Shown here: in pieces, positions 51,242-62,834 of the stretch | Layout of the letters: each line of letters opens with the position of its first letter | Position numbering within the stretch: the stretch's first letter is position 1 | Source of the DNA: Pavona decussata | Taxonomy: Eukaryota | DNA length: 64,000 nt | Assembly: GCA_977016875.1 (NCBI GenBank) | Contig: CDRNST010000080.1 | Location: 4,278,001 to 4,342,000, forward strand | Direction of reading: 5' to 3' | Position numbers and translations under genes: made by a program | Notes under the pieces: model-generated | Databases searched by the model: none | What the model saw: only the letters and a program-made list of their open reading frames with translations | What the model was told of the DNA's origin: nothing

Positions 51242-51523
51242 AACTATTTTGAGCTGACACAGAGTCAGAAAATTAATTCAGCCAATTACTAAGTTGTGCC
51301 GTCTGGTATTTGTTGGATGATGGACATTCTAACAGTTATAGTTACAGTTTTATCTAAACGAAGCAAAGAAGAACATAAATTTGTCATTATGCTATAGTTT
51401 TGTATTTCTTTCCAATTTTATTCAGGGTGATAGGCTCCTCACGTGGCTTTGTTATATGAAACCGATGTACGTCGGCATAAGATTCTGAAAATTGTGAGTT
51501 TCAGATGTATAAAGCCATCGGTA

Positions 51524-51710
51524 TACAGTACCGTGTAACTGTAAGTTGACAGTCTCGACTCGAAACTCGATCCTCGATCCTCGAAGCTATCGAGAATTGA
51601 GTATCGAGGTTCGAGGCTCGAGTTTCGAGTATCGAGTATCGAGACGCTCGAAGAATTTTTCGAGGATCTCGATGGCAGCTTTCAAGGAAACGATTAATTT
51701 CTCGAACCTT
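51524..51710. mobile_element. DNA-transposon end with TCGA-rich subterminal repeats
   Basis: ta|cagtaccg start followed by ctcgatc/atcgag arrays in both orientations. Confidence 0.45.
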
Positions 51711-52518
51711 AAACAATAAGAGAGAACAAAAGCGATTTTCCCATGGCTCTTGTATGTGGTCTTTTTTTTTTAGTTTGGTCGAAAGTTGAAGTAATTTAAA
51801 TCAGCGGCAGTGAGTGTTCGATAAATCTGTTTCGGCGCGTTTCTTCCTTCCGCGTATTATTTAATTTAAAACACATCTGTTCGTCGTTGTTGTGAAATTA
51901 AAACATGCTTAAATTTTTTCATATGCTACACCAATTCTTTTTAATCAAACTTCAAACTCGACGAAGCGAGCTTAAAACTACAAGATTGCGGCTTTTTCGC
52001 GGAATGTAACACGATCGCTTCTGAAATATCTTCGCTGCGCAAGGATTATACTTGATTGTATTTGAATCCTTCGAGTGAAAGCTTCGAAAAAAGCATTTCC
52101 TTATGTAAAAACGCACAATATTTACGGTAGATTCGGCAAGGAATCGGGGAAACTTCAACGTGGCCGTTCGCTTGCCTTTGAGCAGACTTCGAAAGCCGCC
52201 GCGAATGTTTACATTTGCGGCGTAGCGTTACAAATTTGCATAAATATTATCGAGATCATCTCGAAAGGCAATGTCACGTTTTCTTCATTTTCTATCAACT
52301 GTTGATTGCTGGCGAGCGTTAGCGAGACAGCTCACTATTCTTGTCAATAGGGGAAAAAATTCAAAAATTTGTCGGATGTAAGACTCGAAGCTTGCGCAGT
52401 GGAGCATTATCCGGGATGGTTGAGACGACAATCATGCGCAAATCACATGGCTGACATATAATCCGGGATACACACCTCACGTTGCGAGAATCACACGCTG
52501 TCAGACGCTTTCGGTTAC

Positions 52519-52848
52519 GAGGTGCAGTTGACGTTAGCTTTTGTAATCATTCATCAAGGTCACGAACGGAAAGATATCACTTTCCACGGGATTCATCATT
52601 GATCCGTTTCTTGACCTTGATGAATATTCACAAGCAAATGAAGACATCTAGCAAATAAAAAATTTTGAAATACTAACCTATTTGTTTTATGGCAAAGTCA
52701 ACTGCGCCTCGAAACTGTCTGTGCCTAAGATCGTGGTAAAATTTTCCCATGGAAAGTGATCTCAATTCTCAAGCGGTGGATCTATTAAAGCAGCCAAACA
52801 CAAATTGATCTCTTTCCGTTCGTGACCTTGATGAATGATTACAGAAGC
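52519..52848. repeat. Nested inverted repeats
   Basis: 52537-52579 vs 52806-52848 (41/43 complementary); gaggtgcagttgac vs gtcaactgcgcctc. Confidence 0.75.
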
Positions 52849-53573
52849 AAATAAAGAGAGCAAATAGAAAAAATACCGTGGAGGCTAATAATGATTTAAG
52901 AATAAATACTATTCACAGCATGTATTACTAACCAAATGGTTCCAGTTCCTGTATAAAGTGGAATTAATTTACCCCCTTTGGGCAAGTAAGTGCTCAAAGG
53001 AATTCACTGCGCAACTTGCACCATCTATGTCATTCAGTTCACGTCAGTACACGATTATTGCTTGTGCAGGAGTTTTGGAATTGAAAGTAAGGTGAGAATA
53101 AAAAGTTATCACGGAAAACTGAACAGCGTACTGGAAAATGAATGATACAAATACATGTCCAAACAAATGTCACTCTCTCGCTGTACACGAGTCATTTCTG
53201 AAATGTTTACAAGGCGTCACTTAATTGACAAGTGCCACAAGTTCCACAAAAAACCTCAGTTGGAGATGTCCACAGTTTGCATAAGCAAAGACTTGACGCC
53301 ACCACTGCACATGTGGCTGGAATTCGCCCGTATGGGGCCATTCTCCCTCTTCGCATTTCAAAGCACATCTTGGTGTAGGTTTTACGGATGATCCTTCCCC
53401 TCCCCAACAAGTGCCAGCACGTTTCCAGGCTAAGGCCATCTTATCCCTCACAGAAAGGTCACCAGCTGTAATTGGGGGATGTACCTCCTCATTGTTTCAA
53501 AAACACACTGTCCATTTTAGCGGCACTGGTGTTGTTGCAAAACATTGGTGAAGATAAAGACATCAAAAACCTT

Positions 53574-53975
53574 TTAAACAAGGATAATCGAAAATTCATG
53601 TTTTAAGGGTGGTGGATGGCGCGCTTCTCTTACCAAAAATGGCTTGGTTAGTCCCAAATCAAACAGTAGGTGCTGAAAATTTGCAATGAGTACCATGATG
53701 AGATCGATTCTGACCGATTTGCTCTTTACATTTGGCTTTACGCAGAAACTGATAAGCTCTGCAAGGCCATTTAAAAACTGTTTGTAGGCGCCTTCATAGG
53801 ACTGTCGCACTTTTCCGGCAACAGGCAAACGCACAGGCTCGGTTTCGCCCTGTTTAAAAAATTCAACGTCTCTCTCCTGGAAATCATGTCCTGTCTTTTG
53901 AGCATGTTTCCTCAATGATCTTTGCGTTGTGAATTTCCGAAAACAGGTAGAGCACTTTGTTTTTAAAGATGGCAT
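53574..53975 (-). CDS. Unknown protein with N-terminal C2H2 zinc finger; probably a TE relic continuing degraded to ~53200
   Basis: ATG start, CSTCFRKFTTQRSLRKHAQKTGH. Confidence 0.45.
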   Translation of the reverse strand: MPSLKTKCSTCFRKFTTQRSLRKHAQKTGHDFQERDVEFFKQGETEPVRLPVAGKVRQSYEGAYKQFLNGLAELISFCVKPNVKSKSVRIDLIMVLIANFQHLLFDLGLTKPFLVREARHPPPLKHEFSIILV

Positions 53976-55577
53976 GTTTGCACAACAGGCTTGCCCTTAA
54001 AAATGGAAGATGTGGAATGACAATTCACGTTTGTTGAGAAGCAGCGCTGAGTTAAAAATTAAATTTTGTGTAAATTTCCCTGTCAAGAAAGCATCTTAGC
54101 GAGCGACCATTTGGCTTTTGAAGAGGGGGGGGGGGTGGGGGCAGGGGCAGGAGCGTGGATGATTTCAGAAAAAAATATCCTGCAAACAGGCTTGGAACAA
54201 ATCGTCGATTGAGGGTGTGTAATGCCTAAGTGTTCACACAGTGATTAAAATCAGTCTCTTGTGTGGCACGAGACGATGCCAAAAACCTTTGAAAAGCTAA
54301 GTTTCAAAAAAAGAAACACAGCTCTGAGTCATATCTCTAGCTAACTTGTTAAAATGCGGATCTCAGTTATCTACATGTATATTTTCACTCAAAAGTGATT
54401 TCAGAAATAGGGATTTTCTTCTAATAAGTCTACGGACCGCGATTCTCCGGCTTTAAGCTTTCAAAGGCACTTTATATTGCTGACGTAGGCAACAGACTGA
54501 AAATGTAGTCAACCCAAAATCTGACACCTTCCCATTTATTTTATGTTGTGCTGTATCTTTTTAATTTAGCTTTGCCGTGTGGTACCTTTTCTCAAAACTG
54601 TGTGAGGAAGGGGATTAAAGATGAAAGTTGGAAGTTCTTAAAGAAAGAATGCTCTCTTCATCATTTTTTGTCCTGCCAACTAACACTGTAGAATTTAAGC
54701 TGGACTGTCATGTACATGTATTTTACACTCAGGTCAGGCCTTTTATTTCATGCCCAGCAAAGAACTTTCAAGAACACAATTATTGTCATTGAAGCTTCAA
54801 GGGCTTTTCAAAGTTGCTGGACATTATGTAACAGAAAATAGTTAAAATACAAAATAAGAAATAATAATTTAGGTTCATGTTTATGCTCCATATTCCATCC
54901 TTATAAAATTCTTTTGACCTGATATGCGCAGAAAATACAGCTCTTGCAAATACCAATATTGCTTACAAAAATTTTGATGTACATGTAAATAATACTTTTT
55001 TTTATTTTGGTCTCTGTTTCTTCTCCTCTCTAACTTTTTAAGAAGCAGTGTCCTTATTGAGTTACCTCCTTTCTGTTCATGTTGTCTGGTTTCTTAATAG
55101 AAGACATTGAATTGAAAGGTGCTGCCACCATTTCTCTGCATAATTTCATTGCAGTGCATCATTACTATTAGTATTGCTACTTTGTATCAAGTGTATTGTC
55201 TGTAGCATCTAGGATTGATACACCATCTTTTGTGTCTTTTTAATGCAATTAATCCCTAAGTTCCTCTTAACCTTTCAAAGCTCATTGTGTTTTGTGTACA
55301 GTACCTCTTTTTTGCCCTCTCTCAGTAGCTCATCTCTTCTATGCAGTGTTCTGCTCAGATGACATCTGCTGTCCTGACTGTCCCACTTTCTTGCCTTTTG
55401 TGGTAAAATCACTACTGCTACATCTGCATCAATGTGTTTTTTAACTCCTGAAAAAGGACCAACAAAGCCACTTAGTTATAGCTACATGTACTTCAAATGC
55501 TGTGTTTTCTTGGGAAGTGCTGATGCAAGTAAACAGTGTAGAATTGAATGCCTTTGAAGTGAATTGAAATGGCGTAA

Positions 55578-55872
55578 AGGCGCTGTTACACTAGGCAATT
55601 TTTCCTTGCAACTTGTCTCACAATTTCATTGCGCCGTTGCAACACAAGTTGCCCGAATCGTTGCCTAGTGTAACATGCCCTGAAATGAACATGGCTCGCA
55701 ATGTTTTTGGTGCAGTTACCATTGCAAAAAGTAGAACCAACTTCTTCTTCTTGCAAAAATTGCGGCAAGTTCATTTCAGAGCATGTTACACTTGGCAACA
55801 ATTTGTGCAACTTGTGTCGGAACAAAATTGCGAGACAAGTTGAAAGAAAAATTGCCTTGTGTAACATCGGCT
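55578..55872. mobile_element. PIF/Harbinger-type MITE with TAA TSD
   Basis: taa|aggcgctgttacactaggcaattttt ... aaaaattgccttgtgtaacatcggct|taa; internally palindromic. Confidence 0.8.
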
Positions 55873-57499
55873 TAAGTCAATAGATAATGTTTTCAATCTT
55901 GCTGGTATAACTGATACTGCTGTATTGCATGGTAAAACAGAACTCTGCATTTACACTGTACCCTGCCCTTGGGAAGAGAGGCTTATGATTATTACATACA
56001 TACTGTACATGTAGATACTTAGTTCAAGATACACAAATAAAAATAAAATTTATAAAAGCATCTTGAAGTTTCAGTTTATCCCAAAGGAAAAAACTTACAA
56101 TTAACAATTTAAAAATTAGAAGAGGGGGCATCTTTCAAAATCACAACAGCACTAATGGGTCATACATTACAAATACAATGCTATTTTTGCCTTAGCGAAA
56201 AAAAAAATCTGTATATTGAAGTCCTCCTAATACAAACGGACTGATTTCTTAACCATAGACCACCTGAGTACCGTTTTCTAACATGGGAAGGGGGCATTAA
56301 TAGAGAGGGGGGGGGGGGGGGTATAAAGAAGTCTGACCTCCAAATGGGGCACTGATAATGTATTACAAAAGGGGATTAGAAGGGGGAAGAGGGTATCTTG
56401 TCAACACCTGACTCTGCATTGAATTAACACTGCATGTATGTAGAGACAACAGAGATCATTCGCCAGTTGAGGGATCTATCTGTCTATCCAGTATTTTACA
56501 TGTATGTACTTCTTACAGGGTGTGTAGGGGGTAAAAAAAAAATTCCAGCCCTTTGGGCTTTGTATTCTGTGAACAAAAAGAGAGCCCTCTGTTAGATCTA
56601 GCAATGATAAATACGTGTAACTACATGTACTATTCAAAACTGACGTTCAATGGGTATAATTACATGATTGTATATTGTGGTTCACAATATTTGATTTTGG
56701 TTTGAAACTTTCAAACCGCCCTATTTTTGTTTTCCTTTTCAAGACTCAGATTCAAATTGTAATAACTTGAAGCAAAAGAAAATAAACATTGAACTGCATT
56801 GCAACAAACAAATTTATGCCAGAGAAAATACAGTTAGCTACATGTAAATGTAAGTCCTGGCCAGCCAAAGTAATTCAACATTAACTTTTAGTCAAGAGTA
56901 ATAACATTCATCATCACAGGATTGGTAAAGATACCTTCATTTCCCTCAGCCCCCCCCCCCCCTCCCCCCATACAATGTCATTCAACAGAGTTGAATGTAT
57001 GGTTATACATGTACAGGATTTTCAGATTTTCAAGTAATTCATTTGGTTGCTTCTTTACTTTACGAAAAAATAATATAATTATAGGTTTACAATTGACCAA
57101 AAGGTTTCATGTACCCTTGATCCACATTGTTCTTTCTGTTCTTGCTGGAGTGATGATGTACATCCAATATCAAAATAAATATCTGCAAAGCCCTGAAAAA
57201 GAAGCAGATTAATGTAGTTGCTACGTGTATTTGTAAGAAGAAGTATAATACACTGTAAATGAAGCCAAGGTTGTAGCCCTATTTTATTTGGGGGATAGGA
57301 TAGTTGTTTAGACTGAAACCTTCCTTTGCTATGAAAATGCTGCACCCTCCAAAAATTCAGTTAGGAGACTGTACAATACAGGTGTAGTTGCTTGGAAAAA
57401 AATAGGAAGCTGCATGTAGAGGGGAGTGCATATAATTACGTTGTGTAAAATCATAACTTGAGAGTGGGGGAGAGGGGCAGTTGAATGTAAAGTGAATTC

Positions 57500-57645
57500 A
57501 TAACAGTTGTGAAATATATAATAAGTACACGATGAAAGTTCTCGGGAAAAAAAATTCCAAGCCTTTAGTAGGAATCGAACCCACGACCTTTCAGTTACTA
57601 GTTTAGATGCTCTAGCCACTGTGCTATAGGTGACTCTTGTGGTGA
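57500..57645 (-). mobile_element. tRNA-derived SINE-like element
   Basis: Minus strand A box tagcacagtgg and B box ggttcgattcc; acceptor stem does not pair; related to 2925-3093. Confidence 0.6.
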
Positions 57646-57648
57646 GTA

Positions 57649-57808
57649 TGTTGTAGGTTAAAATGAATCCAGGTTAAAATGATTTCAACCTGGGTTGATT
57701 TGTACTTTCCTTTGTTAAGGTTGGGTAATTTACATCTAAAACAAACGAAAATACAAATCAACCTAGGTTGAAATCATTTTAACCTGGGATTCATTTTAAC
57801 CTTCAACA
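57649..57808. mobile_element. 160-bp MITE with TGT...ACA termini and 4-bp TSD (Ginger-like)
   Basis: ~55-bp TIRs; AGTA at 57645-57648 and 57809-57812. Confidence 0.8.
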
Positions 57809-57959
57809 AGTATGTCACAGGCTTGGGGTCATAAGTCTCAGAACTTTGCATCTCATGAGTACATGAGTACACTGGACGCTAATCATACATGCACATGTAA
57901 AAGCACCACACTAATTAATTAACCACATCTCGCAAGCACTGAGACTTATAATCCCAAGC

Positions 57960-58078
57960 CTGTGACCTGTTGGTAACTTGTCAGTAATCTGTTGGTAACC
58001 TGTTGGTAACCTGTCAGTAATCTGTTGGCCAACAGTCGACTGACAGTCAGTGGACGTGAGCTGTTCTTCACAATTACC
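57960..58078. mobile_element. MITE end with 11-bp ctgttggtaac repeats
   Basis: Tandem ctgttggtaac/ctgtcagtaat units ending gagctgttcttcacaattacc. Confidence 0.45.
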
Positions 58079-58903
58079 GAAACATGTATCATTTCCATAT
58101 TTCATGTGGACGCCTCAAAGGAATGTACGTGAATGCATCAAAGAAGTTGGATTTATAGCTAAAACGTTGCTATTCATTCATTCATTTTCGACTGCATGAA
58201 GAGACTAATACTTCATTTAAATAATGTACGCTTTTCAGATAGCTAAGGTACAGTGATGTATTTATTTCAGATGCATTTTCGCACGTGTCGTGAACATGAT
58301 AACCTTGATTTACTGCGTGGCAATACGGGACCACCCCTTGAAAACCTCTGGCGCTTACACATACGACACAGGTGAAATCTTGGCAAAAATGTCAATAAGC
58401 TTATACATTGGTGGATTCCGGGTACATTTATCCAGATTTATCTTGATTTGCATTTTCTTTATGAACGGAAAAATGCACGGAAACGTTTCAACGACTGACA
58501 ACAACTCAACAAGCACGTGAGATATGCTTGCAGATCGAACAGACTTCGCTTATCACTTTTATATGCGAGTTTTAAAGACAAAAACGAGTAAAATACATAC
58601 CTGTATATTGGTCACACTATAAAGCCACAGAGCCAGGTTGTTTAGGCCCCTTCTCAGCTGTTTTATGTTGAACCAGAGTTGAACGATGCAACGCTCCACA
58701 ATGCGACGCCCGTGTGTGCATCGGTGTGAATCGCTGTTTATCGGGTCGTCTATCGGGGTTACAAAAAACTGGTCAGCGGTCGCCTAGATCGTCATGTAGC
58801 GGCCTTCCTTCAGTCCCAAGGAACCCCTGGATCGAGGGCAACGAGTCCAAGAATCTCCCTCCTCAGCTCCGCAGCGCACAGAGGTTCGATGGGGTGTTAT
58901 GTG

Positions 58904-59026
58904 TAGCCGAAGAAACCCTTCTCTGGCGAGTTTACTGTTCAACAGTGTTGCCGACCGAAGGCCGGTACTAGAGAAAGGGAGGCACTGTTGAACAGTAAAC
59001 GCGCCAGAGAAGGGTTTCTACGGCTC
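58904..59026. mobile_element. Hairpin MITE (TAGCC-type end, Academ-like)
   Basis: 43-bp arms 58905-58947 and 58983-59025. Confidence 0.65.
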
Positions 59027-59691
59027 GGAATGGCAAAAAAACACCACGCGTGACTCAATCAGCATTTCCTTGAAACTTTATTTCAACATATAGGTGAAAG
59101 ACGACTTTAAATATCTCTACTTAGTAAAAATTTCAACCGATCGTGTCGCGTGAATATAAAGTCTCAAGTTGCAAACAGTCATTACACCACACAAACAGAG
59201 GGTGGTCAGGCTGTGCCTTATCTAGGAAGATCGAAGGGATCTGCTCGCAGAGTATCATTGCTGATCCTGTTCTACACAAAGATTCGGCTTCACTTTGGTA
59301 CTGTTCAGTACAAGTGGCCCTTGCATTATTGAAGTGAATTCAGTTGTCAGTTAGCTGTTCATGTAAGATACCGTTGAATGCAGCCGTAACCCTACAGGGC
59401 CACAAATTGTTGCAAAGCTAGATCGAGAGAGAGGGGGAAGCCCCCCTCCCTCCCCCTCCCCTCTCCCCGTATTTCCCACGGATAACGCTACTTGAGATTT
59501 TTGTGAGAACAACAGAGGTTCATCTCTTACCCATATCTAAGTTATGAACCCAGTATGTTTAATGAAGTTGGCTTTTTCGTGTTTTCCGTTGTTATTATGG
59601 TTTTTCGAGCGAGGCGAAGATCATGGAGATCTCTCCTTTGTTAGTAATGATGGATTTTGAAATGTAGTGGAGAAACAGTGCAGCAACCCAT

Positions 59692-59818
59692 TTTTTTCTT
59701 TTTTTTTTTTTATGTCACTCTTTTTTACAATTACAAACACTACAGTTACAAACACTACAAATACTACAGATACTCTGCCTACACAACTGAAAATACAAAT
59801 CTCACGCTACATTGTACT
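59692..59818 (-). mobile_element. Very short retroposed 3' tail (LINE UTR-like) with poly(A) and 11-bp TSD
   Basis: cagcaacccat at 59681-59691 and 59819-59829; poly-T on the + strand. Confidence 0.8.
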
Positions 59819-60237
59819 CAGCAACCCATAGTTGTCGTGGCAAGGTTTCATAGCAAGTACCTCAATTAGCTATGCAGATACCTTCAGGGTACCTTGTTCT
59901 CAAGCTGAAAGTTTGATGAAACGGCTTCTCTCCCTTGTCCTTCACAGCGATCATCGTTGTCGTAATACCGTTTAAACGACAACCACAAACTTCCCAAAAA
60001 TTGAACGCGGTAAAAAAGACACGCATACAAAAGTCGTAACGATGCTTTATTTATGCTTTAAGTTTGGGGATGAGGCTTGAGGGGCTTGCTCTTATTTTTT
60101 TTATTTTTTATTTATTTTTTCATTTTTTTGCAATTTCAGCCTGAAAACGTTCTTAAGATCTTCCTAAGTTATCTGTTTCAGTACTTCCATAAGTCAACGC
60201 ACATGAGACCAGAAACCTGTCAAAAAACGTTATTTGC

Positions 60238-60362
60238 TATTTAACAATTATTCCACGGGAGCTGGTTGGATATGAGATGATAGATAGCTAACGAGGCGCG
60301 ATACGCCGAGTTGGCTATAATCATCTCATATCCAACAAGCGTGAGTTGAATAATTGTTTTAT
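60238..60362. mobile_element. Palindromic element end (Crypton-like MITE)
   Basis: aacaattatt..gttggatatgagatgat vs atcatctcatatccaac..aataattgtt. Confidence 0.6.
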
Positions 60363-60571
60363 CAAAACAACCAAGAAATATTGCTAGATCTTGCTGATTT
60401 CGCTTTCCAAGAATAACCAGAAAACAATTTAATGGTCGCTATATCTTGAGCATGGTATATAATGACTCAAACAGCTGTTGCAATAACGTTGTCGGACCAA
60501 AGTATAAAACTACAAGGCAAGACCACAAGGTTATGTGAGATTTTTTATGAATAAATTCATCAAAATCAGTT

Positions 60572-60670
60572 ATGCCTCGCCCGTTCAGTGAAGATCTACG
60601 ATGGCGAGCCATTTGGATCAAAGAAATGTTAGAATATCTTGAAAGTGGATGAGTTGGCAGCTGCTTTGAG
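60572..60670 (+). pseudogene. Tc1/IS630-like transposase N-terminal HTH fragment
   Basis: MPRPFSEDLRWRAIWIKEMLEY / VDELAAALR. Confidence 0.5.
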
Positions 60671-61832
60671 AAAGTCTTTAAGCTTGAAGCTTTGATCCCA
60701 CAACGTTTATTGAAATAGCTGTATACTAAAGCCAATCAAATCCCTGGAATTGCGTTTTACAATGATCCATACAGTTTTTAATAAAATGTTGTATCAAGCT
60801 ACCTGTGACATGCTTGCGCGACCTATTCTTGTGCTGCGTACAAGATATCGTACCAGTCAACTCTCAGCAGTTTTGGTTAATTGTACTGATCAGACTAAAG
60901 TTTCTTTTACCCGTATTCATAATGCTAATTTTAATAAGCGAAAGGTCAAAATAAAAACGTTCTTAACCGACTGACTTTCAGCCTGGGGTATGTTCTTAGT
61001 ATGTTCCCTTGTTTTGGTTAATCTCAGCATCAACGTTCTTATAAAGATTCTTATATTAAAAAACACAGAAACAAAGAGTGCATGCAGGATGAATGTTACA
61101 TGTGAAACTTAGCAGATGACGTCCAGCCCTGTCATGTGACACTCGTTACCATATCTCAAACTGACTTTTGTCTTTCTCTTAAAATTACATGAAGTAAACC
61201 TTATTTGAACTTAAGCGTAAAAGAAGGGGGGAAATCAGAAAAGTGTACGACCTGAGCGTGAGTCTTTTTTTTCTTTTCTTTTCCTCTTTTTTCTGCTATC
61301 AACGAGGACAAGCTGCTATGGATTTTAATTTGCACACGCTAATAATACATATATAATGAGGAATAAATAATTTAAAATGCTCATGTAAACGTAAGCGACA
61401 ATAAAAAGTATTGCGGAAACACAGGTTCCCCAAGCCCACAAAATAAGAGGTCAATGGAATGATGAGCAATGAGGCAATGTTGCATGCGTGGGTGACCTGT
61501 GGAGGTAAAAGATGTAATATAACATCCAATGTCTTCTCGCGTTTTCACTGGACATCTTCGACTTTGCTAAATCTAACTTTTGTTACTGGTTGTGAGAGAC
61601 AATTACTTAAATAGGTTAGACTTTTTATGGATTTAACATTTTGCTAAAACTTAAGGTGTATGAAAGACGCATAATTGTATGAATTTCAAGAAGACCCGAA
61701 ATAAATGAGACAAAGAGAAAGTCAATAGTCAAATTGGTAGAATTTGCAGCTTCACCAAGCAAAACTTCCTGGATTATTCAAGTTCAACAATAACAACACT
61801 TATCAGAAGAGGAGTAACTCTTTTAGTTTTAC

Positions 61833-62834
61833 CTATTCTCTATGTAAGGCGCAGTTTTCAAGCCCCACATTCGTCCCGCATTTGTCCATATCACTGAGTG
61901 CAGTGCTAACTGAAGGCACAATCGACACAGTGGACCTCCTCTTCCTTCCTTCCCAGCCCACGAACAATGGGTGAATCCTACCAAACGCTCTGCGGAAGCT
62001 ACTCATGCGCCATGCGTACAAGAACTGATTACATGAGGAGTTGATGAGTACCAGCAAGTACTGAAGGTCCCTAAACCAGTGTATAACGTCACAACTGCAC
62101 GTGCTGCACAAGTTTATGACGTAAATCATGACGCAAGATGGGAAACTGCATACAAAGAAGAAAATTAAAATCCGAAAGAAGCACTTTGTGGCCTTCCTTT
62201 CCACGCGAAGACCTCTTCGTTGGCTGTCCTGACCAAGAACAGCTTTCATGCGTTTTTCATGAGCGTTTAGACTACGAACAATTCTAACGAAATAGAAAGC
62301 TAACAAGATAAGGGTTAGAATTATTGCTGTATTGGCGTAAATGAAGGCGAAGCTGTAAAATCCAAATGCGAAATAAAGAAAAGGCAGACCTACGGAAATA
62401 AGCCAGATTGCGATAGAGGCGGCAATAGCTCTCGTGGAAGACAGCTTTCTTATAGTTGTTGAAGTCAAAGCTAAGTAGCGGTCCGTAGCCAGAGCGGCTA
62501 TGCTTAGCACCGAAGCTGTAGAAGTCATAAAATATGACATATAAACCAACCAACGTAGTCCCAAGACTTCTTCGTGCATTGCCTCCGAAGTGTGGTACCA
62601 CACGAACACTGGTTCAGTGACAATTCCAATGAAGGAATCAGCGATAGCCAGATTCAGAATCAAGTAGTTAAACGAAGATGTCAGTTCTCTGTTTGGATCT
62701 TTAATGATTGCCCAACAGATAAGCAAATTGCCGGGAACGGTGATAGTACACAAAATGGCCGAAACACAGGCTGTTGTCACAGATGTGGCGAACGGGGCCC
62801 AGACATCGTCGCATAGATTGGCCCCGAACTTCAT
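61833..62834 (-). CDS. Class A (rhodopsin-like) GPCR, intronless CDS, ~333 aa
   Basis: Seven hydrophobic segments; GN in TM1, LAIAD in TM2, DRY, CSFP and NQFLY (NPxxY variant); first in-frame ATG at 62834; splice acceptor ttttcag upstream, exon starting 63043. Confidence 0.92.
   Translation of the reverse strand: MKFGANLCDDVWAPFATSVTTACVSAILCTITVPGNLLICWAIIKDPNRELTSSFNYLILNLAIADSFIGIVTEPVFVWYHTSEAMHEEVLGLRWLVYMSYFMTSTASVLSIAALATDRYLALTSTTIRKLSSTRAIAASIAIWLISVGLPFLYFAFGFYSFAFIYANTAIILTLILLAFYFVRIVRSLNAHEKRMKAVLGQDSQRRGLRVERKATKCFFRILIFFFVCSFPSCVMIYVINLCSTCSCDVIHWFRDLQYLLVLINSSCNQFLYAWRMSSFRRAFGRIHPLFVGWEGRKRRSTVSIVPSVSTALSDMDKCGTNVGLENCALHRE

Noticed and set aside
57561-57630. Functional tRNA-Thr(AGT) gene
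   Set aside because: A and B boxes are present but the acceptor stem does not pair, and it sits in a repeat related to 2925-3093
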